A stretch of 62,905 nucleotides of DNA, counting the filler, from Chiloscyllium plagiosum (lineage: Eukaryota), in assembly GCF_004010195.1 (NCBI RefSeq). It is 3 parts of one record of this genome, joined end to end, with 100 filler letters (N's around TTAATTAATTAA, not from the genome) between each part and the next. Parts side by side here need not be neighbours in the genome. Positions count along the whole stretch, not along the records: positions 13,072 to 39,677 come from NC_057717.1; 2 more parts are not named here. The stretch is one strand, 5' to 3'. Positions within the stretch are counted from its first letter, which is position 1. Each line of letters starts with the position of its first letter. Positions 24,440-36,569 of this stretch are shown one piece after another. A program made the translations under genes and the position numbers. The notes under the pieces are model-generated. The model did no database searches. It was not told the DNA's origin and was given only the letters and a program-made list of their open reading frames with translations.

Positions 24440-25600
24440 AAATTAATAAATAGGAACAAGAGTAGGCTATTCGGCCCCTCAAGATTGCCCTGTCATTAAT
24501 TATGAACATGGCTGATCTACTCCAGGTCTAACTCCACTTTCTTGCCAACTCCTTGTATCCCTCCACACCTCTCTGGGTTAGGGAATTCCAGACATTCACT
24601 ACCTTCTGAGAGAAGACATCACTTTGCATCTCAGATAGAAATCGATGTTTCATATTCGGTACCTATGTCATCGAGTTCGAGACTCCACTCAAGAATGGTA
24701 ACAATGTCTCAACATCTACCTTCTCAAGTCCCTGTGTCTTGTATTTTTCAGCAGTATCACTCCTCATTCATTTAAACCCCAATGAATAATCGCCTCTCCA
24801 TTTTAGAGATTCTCAATAACACAACCCTTTCATCCATGGAAGCCGGCTCATGCACCAACCTAGTTACTTGCTGCATCAGCATGCTGACTTTATGTTTCAT
24901 ATACAGGAACACTCCAATCCCTTTGTACTGCTCTTTTTCTGGAAGTCCTCTCCATTAAATAACTGCCTGCCTTTTGATTCTCAGTGTCATCCTCGAACTC
25001 GGATGTATACTCAGTTCCCTCCTTCAGACTATCAGTATAGAGTGTAAATAACTGTGAGAACTTTTATTTTGTAATACCTTGTGGAAAAACCGTGGAAAGC
25101 CTGGTGTCTACCAGATCCCCTTTATGAAGTCCGCTTGTTATATTTTCAGGCATCTCCAGAAATACTTCCATGATTTTACAGGGCAAAATATATTTTCCCT
25201 TTCACAAAACCACTCTGAACCTGCGTGAAGCTTTTCTAAATGTCCATGTGAGCCAGGTTTTCCAAATTAAGCTAGTCCCATCTGCTTTCATTTGGCTCAT
25301 ATGCCTCGAAATGTTTCCCATCCATATGTTTGTCCAAATGTGTTTGAAATGTTTTAGCTGTACATGCATCTACCACTCTTCCTCTGGCAGCTCATTCCAT
25401 ACCCACACCACCCTCTGTGTAAAAAACTGCCTCTGCGTCCCTTGTACATTTTCCCTCTTTCACCTTAAACCTATGCCTTCTACGGCTGAACTCCCCCATC
25501 CTGTGAAAAAGACCTTGGCTTTCACCCTATCCATACCGCTCATGATTTTAGAAACTTCCATAAAGTCATCCCTCAACCTTCTACACTCCATCCAATACTA
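24440..25600 (-). mobile_element. Cluster of degraded CR1 3' fragments
   Basis: taggaacaagagtaggctattcggcccctc (reverse complement of the CR1 terminus) at 24451; cctctggcagctcattccatacccacaccaccctctgtgtaaaaaa at 25381. Confidence 0.65.
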
Positions 25601-25939
25601 ACTTCAAGAACAAGCATTTAAAGATAAATACTGCAAATTTGAAACTATAGTAAACATGACAGGTAAACAATACTCGGCCCAAAATTCATACTGTGATTTG
25701 TTTTGTTCTCCCTATTACTATACTAAGGCAGCATGAAACGCTTAATAGTGCCAATAAGACGTCCAGCACCTGATATCCTTTGTCTAAAGGGGGCGATGAT
25801 CTCGACAGTGAAAACGTATTTATGGCCAGATCTTTATAATGCCACATAGTGAACATTCTGCCTTCTGGTATCCCTATGAGCTTGTGTGATTGTGTTTTCT
25901 TTATCTTGCACCCAATATAGAGAACCGCTTTCTCCATTC

Positions 25940-26160
25940 ACACCTTAATTTAAACCCATTTTATATCATCTTCTCATTCACCGGTTTATCTTTGCCACCC
26001 CCTCTTTTCCCTGTCACCTATCTCCCACCTCTGCAAAGCTATTAAAAATCCAAGTTTCCAATCCTTTTCAGTTGTGAAGAAGTGTCACACTGGGCTTGAA
26101 ATGCGAACGCTGTTTCTCTGTCTCTGCAGATGCTGACAGACCTGCTGAATTTCTCCAGAA
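25940..26160 (+). mobile_element. Penelope pseudo-LTR remnant with a decayed hammerhead-like motif
   Basis: gtgaagaag...gaaatg...ctgtttctct...cagatgctgacagacctgctgaatttctccag resembles the module at 30885-31015. Confidence 0.55.
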
Positions 26161-26699
26161 ATGAATAGGCACGGAACAAATTTTCACAAAACAAATAACT
26201 ATGGATACTGGGAATAAAAATACTAAAATTGCTTGAGAAACTGGGAGTTTTATCGAGGGTCACTGTACCTGAAAGATAAACACTGCATTCATTCCAGAAG
26301 ATGTTTCAATTTCTTCAAATTTCCAAAGAAGTATGTCAAAGATGCTCAAACATCCTGTCCAACATGGAGCGTCGTACACTGCAAACTGAACAATAACGCA
26401 TGGTGGACAAGTTCGTTGACTCTGAAACTACACAAGTCTGGCATCACTGACACTACAGAGCTCTTAATCATGGTCAGGGATAAAAACAGAGGGAAACACA
26501 TTCACTTCAAATACAGAAGCTGACATTGTGGGAAAGAAACGATTAGATCATTACTGTAAATGGATTGAGTTAAAATAGAGGCGTGACACCAGGAAGAGGC
26601 TCTCAGCAGAATGAGAATATGAAAATGCAAGTGTTACCGCATCAGAAACCAGGTTAGGTAGAGAATACAGGGCTGATAGGCAAATGGGTCTCGGTGTGA

Positions 26700-27600
26700 A
26701 CTGGGGGACAGTCAGTAGAATTGAATTGTAGATATTTCAACTCAAACTGGGTTATCATTTGATGTTGCAGCAACAGCAGAAGCAGAACTGTATTAAACGA
26801 CAATCTGGAACATTTTCCCGGCGATAATTCATCAGTCTACCATTGCCATCAAGCCGATTCATGGTTCAGTGATGAGTGTGGCTGAACATGCCAGGGTCTA
26901 AGTCACGTGGACCTAAACCTGTTGACAACCCATTAAAGCTACCACACTTAACTGGTTAAATTGCGACCAGCAGAACTAATGTCTGATGGAGAGGGGAAAT
27001 GATGCCAAGACTAACAGATCAGATCTAAGCTCTGTCGTCCTGCCAAATCCAAATAATAATGTCGATGTACTATTAAACAATTTACTGGAGGAGAGGACTC
27101 CACAAATATCCTCATCCTAAATATCGGAACAGCTCTGTACGTCAGTGAAAAAAGTCAAGGATGTGGTGTCTGCACTATTCTCAGCCAAACGTGTTGAATG
27201 GATGATCCAACTCACACTCATCATGATTCCCACAGGATCACAGATGCCAGTCTTCAACCAATTCGATTCGCTGCACGTGACATGAAGAAAAAGCTGAACA
27301 CAATAGATACGACAAAGGCAATGGGCCCTGACACCATTCCTGCAGTAGGACTGAAGACTTGTGCTGCACAATAAGCCATGTCCCTGGGGAAGCTCTTTCA
27401 TTCCAGCTCCAACTCTGACATCTCCCTGGCAATGAGGAAAATTACTCAACTATGTCCAGTCCCTGAAGAGGAGAAAAATTACAATCTGACCAATTACCAC
27501 ACCCTCAGTCCCATCACGACAGTCAAATTGGTGGGAATACTTTTTGCAAGAGCTGTCAAGTAGCACCGAAATAATCAGGTCAGTGTGGTTTCCGATAGGT
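26700..27600 (+). mobile_element. Family B non-LTR retrotransposon, central fragment
   Basis: atcagatctaagctctg and tggatgatcca are reverse complements of segments at 42000-42200; KAMGPD-like motif near 27315. Confidence 0.7.
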
Positions 27601-27604
27601 CCCC

Positions 27605-28070
27605 ATGTGGAGATGGTGCTGTAGTGAACATATCATTGGATTACGAATCCAGACCAGGTCAATGCTCTGGCAGCTAGTGGAAGTTAAATATCATTAATAA
27701 TGTATCGAGACCTAAAGTCTGGTGTCGGTAATAGTGACCTTGTGTCCAATGTTGATTGTAAACATCGAACTCCTTCACCAATATACTTTCAGGAAGTGAA
27801 TCTCCCGTGTTTTCTGGTCTGGCCTAAATGTGACTCCAGACACACAGACATGGTCTCTGAATCGGCCAAGTGAGACACGCAATTGTATCAAACTACTCTG
27901 AGGTCTGACATGATAAAACCTGACAGAACACCCGGCATCAACCTCGTTATCAGAAAAGGGAATGGGAAACACAGTCCTGTTGACCCTGCAAAGCCATCCT
28001 TCCTTACATCTGAGAGCTTGTGACAACATTTGCAGAACTTTCCCACAGACTGCACAGAAACAGCGGGAGA
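27605..28070 (+). mobile_element. Probable tRNA-like 5' head and start of the family B LINE, or a related SINE
   Basis: Degenerate A-box-like start (ggtgctgtagtg), ctggtctggccta.atgtgactccaga block, then an ELSHRL-like endonuclease N-terminus near 28035. Confidence 0.45.
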
Positions 28071-28299
28071 GGGGGAGGTCATTCAACACATTGAGCTTTT
28101 CCCATGCTATTTCATGGCCGAACATCTCCTCAATGCAGTTTTCCCCACACAATGTTCATATCCCAAAATATGTTTAAACATTATGAACTATAGTGCCTTC
28201 GGCCCATCAATATATAGGGAGTTCTCTGATAATGCTTGTTTATTAAGTGCGATTTGACTGCAATGCGATTCGTGAATCATTTTCTATAAAGTGAACTAT

Positions 28300-29138
28300 C
28301 ATCCCTGATTCCAATCTGTCACACCCTGACAGATTTTTATTTATCTCACTGAGATCTCCACTCATTTTCCTAAAGCCCATGGAATACAGGCTCAGTCACC
28401 CCAAACTCTGCTCCCACAACTAACTGTCATCCCAGAGATCAGTCTGTCATCCTTCACTGCACTCCCTCAATGTCAGGTTTGCCCTTTTTTAGGTAAGGAC
28501 ATTAAAACTGCAAACAATACTTCACAATGTTCGAGATGGGGTCCCACCAAGGCCCTGTTCAGTTGCAGTAAATGACCCTTACTCCTGTATTCTAAATCCC
28601 CCTGAAATGAAGGTGAATAAACCATTTATCTTCCAACCTCCTTTCTGCTCCTGCAATATTGCTTTCAGTGACTAGTGTACAGGGAGATCCAGATTCTTTT
28701 CAATGTTACAGCTCCCTACTTGCTGGGTCTATGTACACTGTATACGGCATGCCAATGCCATTCTCAGTATTGACTTCCGTGTTCAGATCTCACTGCTCTA
28801 CATGGAATCGGAAGGCTGCGCAGAAATAAAGAAAAATGCAGCTTAAGTTCATTTATAGATCAACGATTTTCAATCAATACCTTTTCAAGTGATAGGCTGC
28901 CATTCAATTGATCCTCTCTATCTCTGCCATTGCTCTCCATCTGCCAGGTATTTTCCCAGTCACTCCACTTGTCTCAATCAACTTGGAGCGTTTTTTTCCA
29001 TCCTCCTCATCCACTCACAAGCTGACATCGTTTAGAATTGTCAGCAGTCTTGGGAATATTGCAATTGAGCTCCTCAACCAAAGATATGATGTGTATTGGG
29101 ATAAACTCGATCCTTGTTATATCCTCCAAGCCTTCCAT
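28300..29138 (-). mobile_element. Old CR1 RT/3' fragment; partly paralogous to 39778-40330
   Basis: cttcactgcactccctc, aaaactgcaaacaatac and ctcctgtattctaaatcc are typical CR1 antisense blocks. Confidence 0.65.
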
Positions 29139-29979
29139 NNNNNNNNNNNNNNNNNNNNNNNNNNNNNNNNNNNNNNNNNNNNNNNNNNNNNNNNNNNNNN
29201 NNNNNNNNNNNNNNNNNNNNNNNNNNNNNNNNNNNNNNNNNNNNNNNNNNNNNNNNNNNNNNNNNNNNNNNNNNNNNNNNNNNNNNNNNNNNNNNNNNNN
29301 NNNNNNNNNNNNNNNNNNNNNNNNNNNNNNNNNNNNNNNNNNNNNNNNNNNNNNNNNNNNNNNNNNNNNNNNNNNNNNNNNNNNNNNNNNNNNNNNNNNN
29401 NNNNNNNNNNNNNNNNNNNNNNNNNNNNNNNNNNNNNNNNNNNNNNNNNNNNNNNNNNNNNNNNNNNNNNNNNNNNNNNNNNNNNNNNNNNNNNNNNNNN
29501 NNNNNNNNNNNNNNNNNNNNNNNNNNNNNNNNNNNNNNNNNNNNNNNNNNNNNNNNNNNNNNNNNNNNNNNNNNNNNNNNNNNNNNNNNNNNNNNNNNNN
29601 NNNNNNNNNNNNNNNNNNNNNNNNNNNNNNNNNNNNNNCACAAAGGAAGATGTTCATCATCTCAGTCCTGAGTCAGCTCTGTGGGCGATCCTCAGGGTAG
29701 GTTCCTCTTTACGAACAGCTTCAGCTGCTTCATTAATGTCTCCCTGACCCCATCCCCACCCTCCCCACCATAAGATCAGAAGTGGGGATGGTCACTGAAG
29801 ATTCCACAAAGTTCAGAACATTTTATCCCCCGTCAGCTCCTGAACTGGTCTGTGTCCATGTGCAGCAAGACTCAGACTCCATTGAGACCTGTGCTGTTAA
29901 AGGGTACATAACATTCATGTAACAGCATTGCCTGACACTGCATATTGCCACAGTAAAACAAGAGTTCATTCAGTACCTC

Positions 29980-30870
29980 ACGCTGGTTTCACAGGAATAT
30001 GAGGAAATCATTCAGCCCATTGACAGTATTGGAGGAGAACAGGAACAGCCCATTCAGTGCCTCCAGCCTATTACTCAGCAACAGAAGGAGTCTAGTGGGA
30101 TGGACCACGTCAGTGCCCCTCGAAAATATTTGAAGTCAGTAGCCTAGACTGTAATGTTTTCTTATTTTAAAGGAAATGTAAAGTGTCTGTTCCAGATGCA
30201 ATGTGACTGGTCAAACTATTCGGTGTGAAACAAAGCACCATCTGCTTAAACACGAAGGATGAAATAAAACCAAAGAAAGAGGAATTTAGAATAACATAAT
30301 TCTATTGGACAACTTAACAGAATAATAGAACTAGAAGCTATTACTAATGAACTGTTCCAACATAGGAAACTCCCATAAACACAGCCCTTGACAAAAAGGA
30401 AAATTCAGGAATTGAAAACAGCATCAAGAGAAAATTCAGAGAGAGTAGCAGCCACGAGATATTCCCTGAAGTTTCCAACTCTGTGCAGACCTCTATAGTT
30501 TTTGATGTTACTGAGAAACCAAAACCCAGTGATCCTAATCTATGAGAGCTGGCCACACGCATCCAGGCTGCATTAAAATAAACCCAAAGCCTCCCTCGCT
30601 GTTTACACAAGTGATCATAACTAGCCAGCTTGGTAACAATCGTTCAATCTCTCTCTTAAAAGAAACCAGGACAAAAAAATCTTCTTAAAGCTACAGCATC
30701 ATCATACTTGTCAGCACATCGAACAGTCAAACAGGAATCAGGGGTAACCCAGCCAGGCCCCTGGGCTTGTCCAATCGGACGAGGAAGAAGCCAATCAGTC
30801 CCTTGAGTCATTTACACAGGAACAGTAGGAGGCCATTCCCTCCTCAATGCACTTACACAGGGGCAGAATG
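29980..30870 (+). repeat. Degenerate 42-bp minisatellite split by a solo LTR
   Basis: Units (acaggaa...cattcagcc) at 29980-30095 and 30715-30870 on either side of the LTR. Confidence 0.6.
30100..30707. mobile_element. Solo LTR related to 9045-9581 and 11610-12240
   Basis: Shares ttttcttattttaaagg, ttccagatgc, ggaatttagaataac, aatgaactgttccaa, gagagctggccac and an acagcat...ca terminus. Confidence 0.75.
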
Positions 30871-30879
30871 AGGTAATTG

Positions 30880-31015
30880 ATGCTGAATCCTGATGAACGC
30901 CTTATGCCCGAAACGTCGATTCTCCTGCTTCTATGATGCTGCCTGACCTGCTGTGCTTTTCCAGCAATCGACTCTCTACTCTGATCTCCCGCATCGGCAG
31001 TCCTCACTGTCTCCT
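30880..31015 (+). mobile_element. Penelope pseudo-LTR fragment
   Basis: ctgatgaa...cgaaacgtcgattctcctgct...gatgctgcctgacctgctgtgcttttccagc. Confidence 0.85.
30885..30922 (+). ncRNA. Minimal type I hammerhead ribozyme motif
   Basis: GAAUC-CUGAUGA-acgccuuaugccc-GAAAC-GUC-GAUUC: perfect 5-bp stem I and a GUC cleavage triplet. Stem II has two mismatches relative to the 4635 copy. Confidence 0.7.
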
Positions 31016-31929
31016 AATAGATGCTGTAACATGATGAACAACTGGAGCAGAGGCTGCACAGAAAGACTGCTCCACGTTGTTCCTCCTGGCTCCGTTGCTT
31101 ATGATACATACGTGGGACGTTAACGTGGTTTTCTAGTGGTGAGGAGGGAAGCCATATGTCTTGTGTGAACTCTCAAGAAGGCATCTTTCATCTCCGAGAA
31201 GACAGCCTGGTGTTCTCTATGAAGGGCGGAAGCTGGTGGGAATGGCTACCTGTTTCAGATGGAAGGTATTGTGGCTGCTGTTGGGGATTCTGAGCAACCT
31301 GACGTTCAGTACAAGGTTCACTCGCCGACTGCACAATAACATGGGGATAGTTAATTTAGGCATATAAACTATCAGGAAAGTCACGTTAGACTGATGAATG
31401 GACTCTCTAAGTTCAAATAATGCTGATCGTGCTCATGTTGATCTTGTCTAGTGCACGTCCTGTTCAGTGTAACCTGTATGCCTTACTCTGTCCAAGTCTA
31501 TTTCTATCCAATAATCTGTCTGGCCATGCTTACTATGATCTGCCTCCACTGCTCATAAATCAAGTGTTTCCCTGTACTGAGGTACACGTGGCAATAAATC
31601 AAACCAATCAATCCTGGGTAAAGTATGGAATTTCTCACCCTGTCAATGTCTGTTTTGGAAATAAGTGATCGCTGCCACTCCTCGTGTTTCAGCATTACCA
31701 TTTCTTCGTCCCTCACAGCTCTACAGATTAAACACTCAGCTTATTCACTCTATCCTCATGTTACCATCACCCGTGTCTATGGTAAGGAGATAAATACATA
31801 TAAAGGAGATGAAATCTGTACAGCGTGCCCCAAATACTCTCTCAGCAAGGTTCTACAACAGCAGGAAGATGGCTTGACTTATGTACTCGAATCATCTTAC
31901 AATGAAGGACAGCATACCATTGAGTGCAC

Positions 31930-33120
31930 AGGGTTTGATTCGGAGCAGTCAGCATAGACTTGTGAGTGGGAGACCATGCTTCCTAAATTTGTTAGCGTTC
32001 TTTGATGAAATGACCAGGAAATTTGATGAGGGCAGAGCGGTAGACGTAGTCTCTATGGATTTCAGTAAGGTCTTTGATAAGGTTCCACGTGGCAGGCTGC
32101 TCTGGAAAGTTATATCCCGTGGAATACTGGGGGAACTGGCCAATTGGATACACGGTTGGCTTGATGATAGAAAGCAGAGGGTTTAGTGGAAGGATGCTTG
32201 TCAGACTGGAGGCTGGGTCCATAGCTGTTTGTTATCTTTGATTTGGTTGATAATGTACAAGGCATGATTGGTAAGTTTGCAGATGACACTAAAATAAGTG
32301 GTATCGTGATCAGTGAGGAAGTTTATCAGAAATTGCAGCAGGGCCTTAATCAGATGGGGAAGTGTGCCGAGAAATGGCAAATGGAATGTTGTGTAGGTGT
32401 GTAAGATCTTGCGTTTTGGAAGCTCAAATCAAGGTAGGAGTTTCATGTTGAATGGGCGGGCCTTAAGGGGTGTCGTGGTCAGAAAGACCTTTGTGTTCAG
32501 GTGCACGGTTCCCTGAGACTGGAGTCACAGGTCGACAGGGCAGTGCAAAAGGCATTTGGCACACTGGCCTTCATCAGGCAGGACATTGAGTATAGAAGTT
32601 GGGAATTTTTGTTGCAATTACACAGGACTTTGGTAAGGCCACAGTTGGAGTATTGTGTTCAGTTTTGTCACCTTTGTTATAGGGAGGATGTTATCAAATT
32701 AGAAAGAGTGCAGAAGAAATTTACAAGGACGTTGCCAGGACTCAATGGTCTGAGATATAAGGAGAGGTTGGACAAGCTAGGACCTTTACCTTGCAGTGTA
32801 GGAAGCTGAGGGGGAACCTTATAGAACTGTATAAGATCATGAGGGGTGTGGATAGGGTGAATGCTCTCAGTCTTTTTCCACGGTTTAAAGAATCGAGGAC
32901 TAGAGGGGACCAGTTTCAGGTTAGAGGGGAAGGAATAAAAGGGAACCTGAGGGGACACTTCTTTACACAGAGGGTTGGTACGTGGATGAGCTGCTAGCAG
33001 ATGTGGTTAAGGGGGTTACATTAATAACATTTCAAAAGCATTTGGATAAATATGTGGACAGGAAAGGACTGGAAGGATATGGGCCAACTGCAGGGAAATG
33101 GGGTTAGCATGGATGCACAT
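31930..33120 (+). mobile_element. CR1 LINE RT and 3' end
   Basis: GRPCFLNLLAFFDE...DVVSMDFSKVFDKVP, KFADDTK at ~32275, and LVRPQLEYCVQF...KLERVQ. Confidence 0.93.
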
Positions 33121-34126
33121 TTACAAGGTGGACTCGAACCCCTCTGTTAATCAAAACCAAACGCCCAGAAAAGCTCGCCTCACCTCGTAATCTGTTAAAA
33201 TATGAGTGACACAGATCTTCCATTATTAAGAAAAATTAACAAGATTATTTCTTAATTTTAATAGTGAACACTAAACAACAACTCTTCCCAAATACTAGCC
33301 CCTCTTTTATTAATTGCTTACTATCTGACTCCAACTCTATAAAATTATGCTGTTCCAACAACCCACATATTAAACATTATCTCAAGACCTATATGGAGGA
33401 TAGTGGGTTAGTATAGTTTAGGTGGGCTTGGATCGGCGCAACATCGAGGGCCAAAGGGCCTGTACTGCGCTGTATTCTTCTATGTTCTATGTTCTATTAT
33501 TTCTTAATTTTAATAGTGAACACTAAACAACAACTTTTCCCAAATACTAGCCCCTCTTTTGTTAATTGCTTACTATCTGACTCCAATTCTATAAAATTAT
33601 GCTGTTCCAACAACCCACATATTAAACATTACAATCTCAAGACCACACAGTCTCTATCTTCCCCGCTGTGTTCACTCTTCCAGCTGCTGAAGTCCTTGGG
33701 TCATGTTTTTTTTACTGCAAGTAGGTTTGACATGAGCATGTATCTTTAATATAGAGTGTTTGAGATGACCAGTTAGCACTCCTGCTCTACAGTAGCTACT
33801 CTGCTGTTGGATGGCAGTGGCTCTCCCTGTAGTGTTCAAAATCCTGTATTTATATACTTGCCATGTTACAATACATCTCATATTTTCCAGTTGTCCAAAG
33901 AATAATATCGAGTTCCGTTGGCTTCTGGTATGCTAAGCGTTATTTAAACTCTTTGGTTGTATTTGAATTGTTGTCAAAACAGCAACCAAAACTCAGGTAT
34001 CCATTTCCCAGTTTCTGAAGACATTTGGTACAGTCTGACCTTTAGCTGGCATCTGTGGCTGTACTTTCTATTCAGCAAAACCCGTCCTGTCTTAAAGTGA
34101 CCAGACATGCTATCGGCTTCATAACA
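33120..34126 (-). repeat. 3' LTR of the Gmr1-like element
   Basis: Ends in tcataaca (34119-34126) next to the polypurine tract (minus strand gaagaaggaagg). The inverted terminus is mirrored by (c)gttatga at ~38439. Confidence 0.8.
33389..33495 (+). mobile_element. Short CR1 3' end inserted into the LTR, flanked by a ~145 bp direct repeat
   Basis: tatggaggatagtggg...tattcttctatgttctatgttcta; flanks 33245-33388 and ~33497-33644 are near-identical. Confidence 0.88.
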
Positions 34127-36229
34127 CCTTCCTTCTTCAGAAATAAAATGAACCATCAGAATGAAAAGATGGCTTCATTTCTTTTCCTTTAATTCTTAAT
34201 CCCATTATTATGAAATACAAAAGTATTAATCTCAATGATACCATTCATGTTAATTCTGCACACATATATAACACTGGAATAAGGCAAATTTTATCTACAC
34301 ATTTTCCTTTAAATCCATGATAACACATCTGCTATCACATTTATACGACCCACAGAATGTACATGTTGTAAGTTTACAGTCTGTAACATAAGACCCGTAT
34401 GAAATAGTCTCATATTCTGGTCTTAAAATATTCCAAAAAATACGAGAGGATTGTTGTTGTCCACATCCATCTCCGACAATTTGTTTGTCATATAAACATT
34501 AAAATATTGTCAGGTTAGTACGAAACTTAAACTTGGATGAAACCCATTCTTCCTTGTTCAATCAAGGAGATTTTACATTTTTTCTCGTGGATATTGAGTT
34601 TTTTCAACAAGTAGCCAATTGGCCATTCACTTCCATCATCATCTTTCTGTATCAGTACATTTCCGCCCCCTATATCCATCGCATCAAACACAATTTTCAA
34701 AGGGTTTGAAAATATTTGGTGCTGTTAAAAGTGGTGCGGTGATTAATGTTGCTTTAAAATTCTCAATGCCTCTTTGCATTGTGCTGCCTACCACAATTCT
34801 GTGTTCTCGCTAGTAAATCATTCAGGGGTGTCAATATGCTGCTGAAGTTTGAAGCAAATGTCCGATAGAGTCCACAGTTCCAAAATCCGAACCACCTCTT
34901 TCTTCGAGGATGGTTGTGGAAATTCCTTGTGTTCCATGGGGTCAACCTCCCATGCCCAATGTAATGTCCCAAGAACGTCATCTCTCCCTTCGTGAATTCT
35001 GTTTTCTTTAAGTTTATTACCAAGTTTGCTTCTTGTAATCGTTCAACATGCTCTGCCAACTGTAACATCTGAGCTTTCAATCACTTGCTAAAGATGGCTA
35101 CATCATACAGATCAACTGCACAATTTGTTCATCTGGCCACAGCTCTGTTCCTGAGTCTTAAATGTGGCTGGAGCATTATTCATTCATATGACATACTCTA
35201 ACTTTTTTATCATATCCGATATCTTTATCAGATAGTTTAACTGACTCAACATTTTTTTTTTATTTGAAAGGGGACACTAAACCTGGCTTTGAAGAGATTT
35301 CCTACCACTAGTGGCAATGCTAATACATCATTCCCACGGGAAATCGTCAATGCTTCAGAGTTTTTATCAGACACCTGCATCACTCTATACTCTGCCCTCT
35401 TCAGGTGCTGTTTAGCTAACTCACCTACTCCATCTAATTTCTCCATCACCTCAAATATATAATCCAAGTGTGAGATCTTCGACTTCGGTCCTATCAGTTT
35501 ATATTTAATTAATTTGAAAGGATCTCTCACTTCATGTATGAATGTTAACTCAAAGGAAGGGAAGTGAGTAGATTTATTTGGGGCATCTGTAATGGCAAAC
35601 AATATAATGAGACGCCTTTATTCCAATCATTTGGGTAATTCTAACAGTATGCTGTTAATATTTCCTTCAGCATCCGATGCCAACTTTCCAAGACTCCCTG
35701 GGATTCGGTATGGGATGCACTTGATTTAAACTGCTGTATGCCGAAGCTATCCATGACGTCCTTAAACAGCTGAGCGGTAAAATGAGACCCTTGGTCTGAC
35801 TGGATCACACTGCATAGACCACAGCGAGTAAAGAAAGCTACCAACTCCTCTATCTCCCTTTTTGCCTTAACACCCCATAATAGAATTATCCCTGGAAATC
35901 GGGTAGACACATCCATTATGATCAGCAGATATTGGTTTCCACTTCTATTTTAGAAAGGGGAGCTGCACAATTAATCATAACACACGTGAAAGTTTCTTCG
36001 AATACATGAATTGACAACAAAGCTGCTGGTTTTAATACTGCCTGCAACTTACCAACCATTTGGCATGTATGACATGTACAACAAAAATTAACCATGTCCT
36101 TGTGCATTCCAGCCACTAGAAATGCTTTAGCCTGAGTCTTCCGTCCATCAACTCCTTTGGCTTTTTCTTGCGGTTTTCCTTCCTGTTGTAACTTATGACA
36201 GTGGGATCTTGTTACTAAATAGTCTGGGA

Positions 36230-36313
36230 AAATCCCTGAGTGTTTTTCTTTTAATTCCCCAGTTCCTTGGTAAATCCCTGAGTGTTTTTCTTTTAATTCC
36301 CCAGTTCCTTGGT
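36230..36313. repeat. Perfect 2 x 42-bp tandem duplication inside the Gypsy pol region
   Basis: aaatccctgagtgtttttcttttaattccccagttccttggt occurs twice. Confidence 0.95.
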
Positions 36314-36569
36314 CTTACTTTGGCTTCTCCACCACAAGGAGTGCCTCTCCCACCTTGGATCCAGCTAAATCATTCCCAAGAACAAACTGTATTCCTGGAA
36401 CTGACAATCTGTCACTCACTCTCACTGTTACTTCCCCAATCTTGATTTGGAATTCCAATCTAATGTTACATAAGGGAATGTTAATTTCTGTCCCCATTTC
36501 ACAAATTATCACGCTGTTGAGTAACATGTCAGAAAGAATGAAAATACTTCTTCTCTTACTATTAGAGGC

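Noticed and set aside
25600..26600. Short ORFs in apparently unique sequence
   Set aside because: No recognisable motifs or consistent splice structure; partly Penelope-derived.
28908..29747. Long ORFs spanning N runs (also 36868-38027, 48759-49076, 58788-59579)
   Set aside because: Artefacts of translating gaps.
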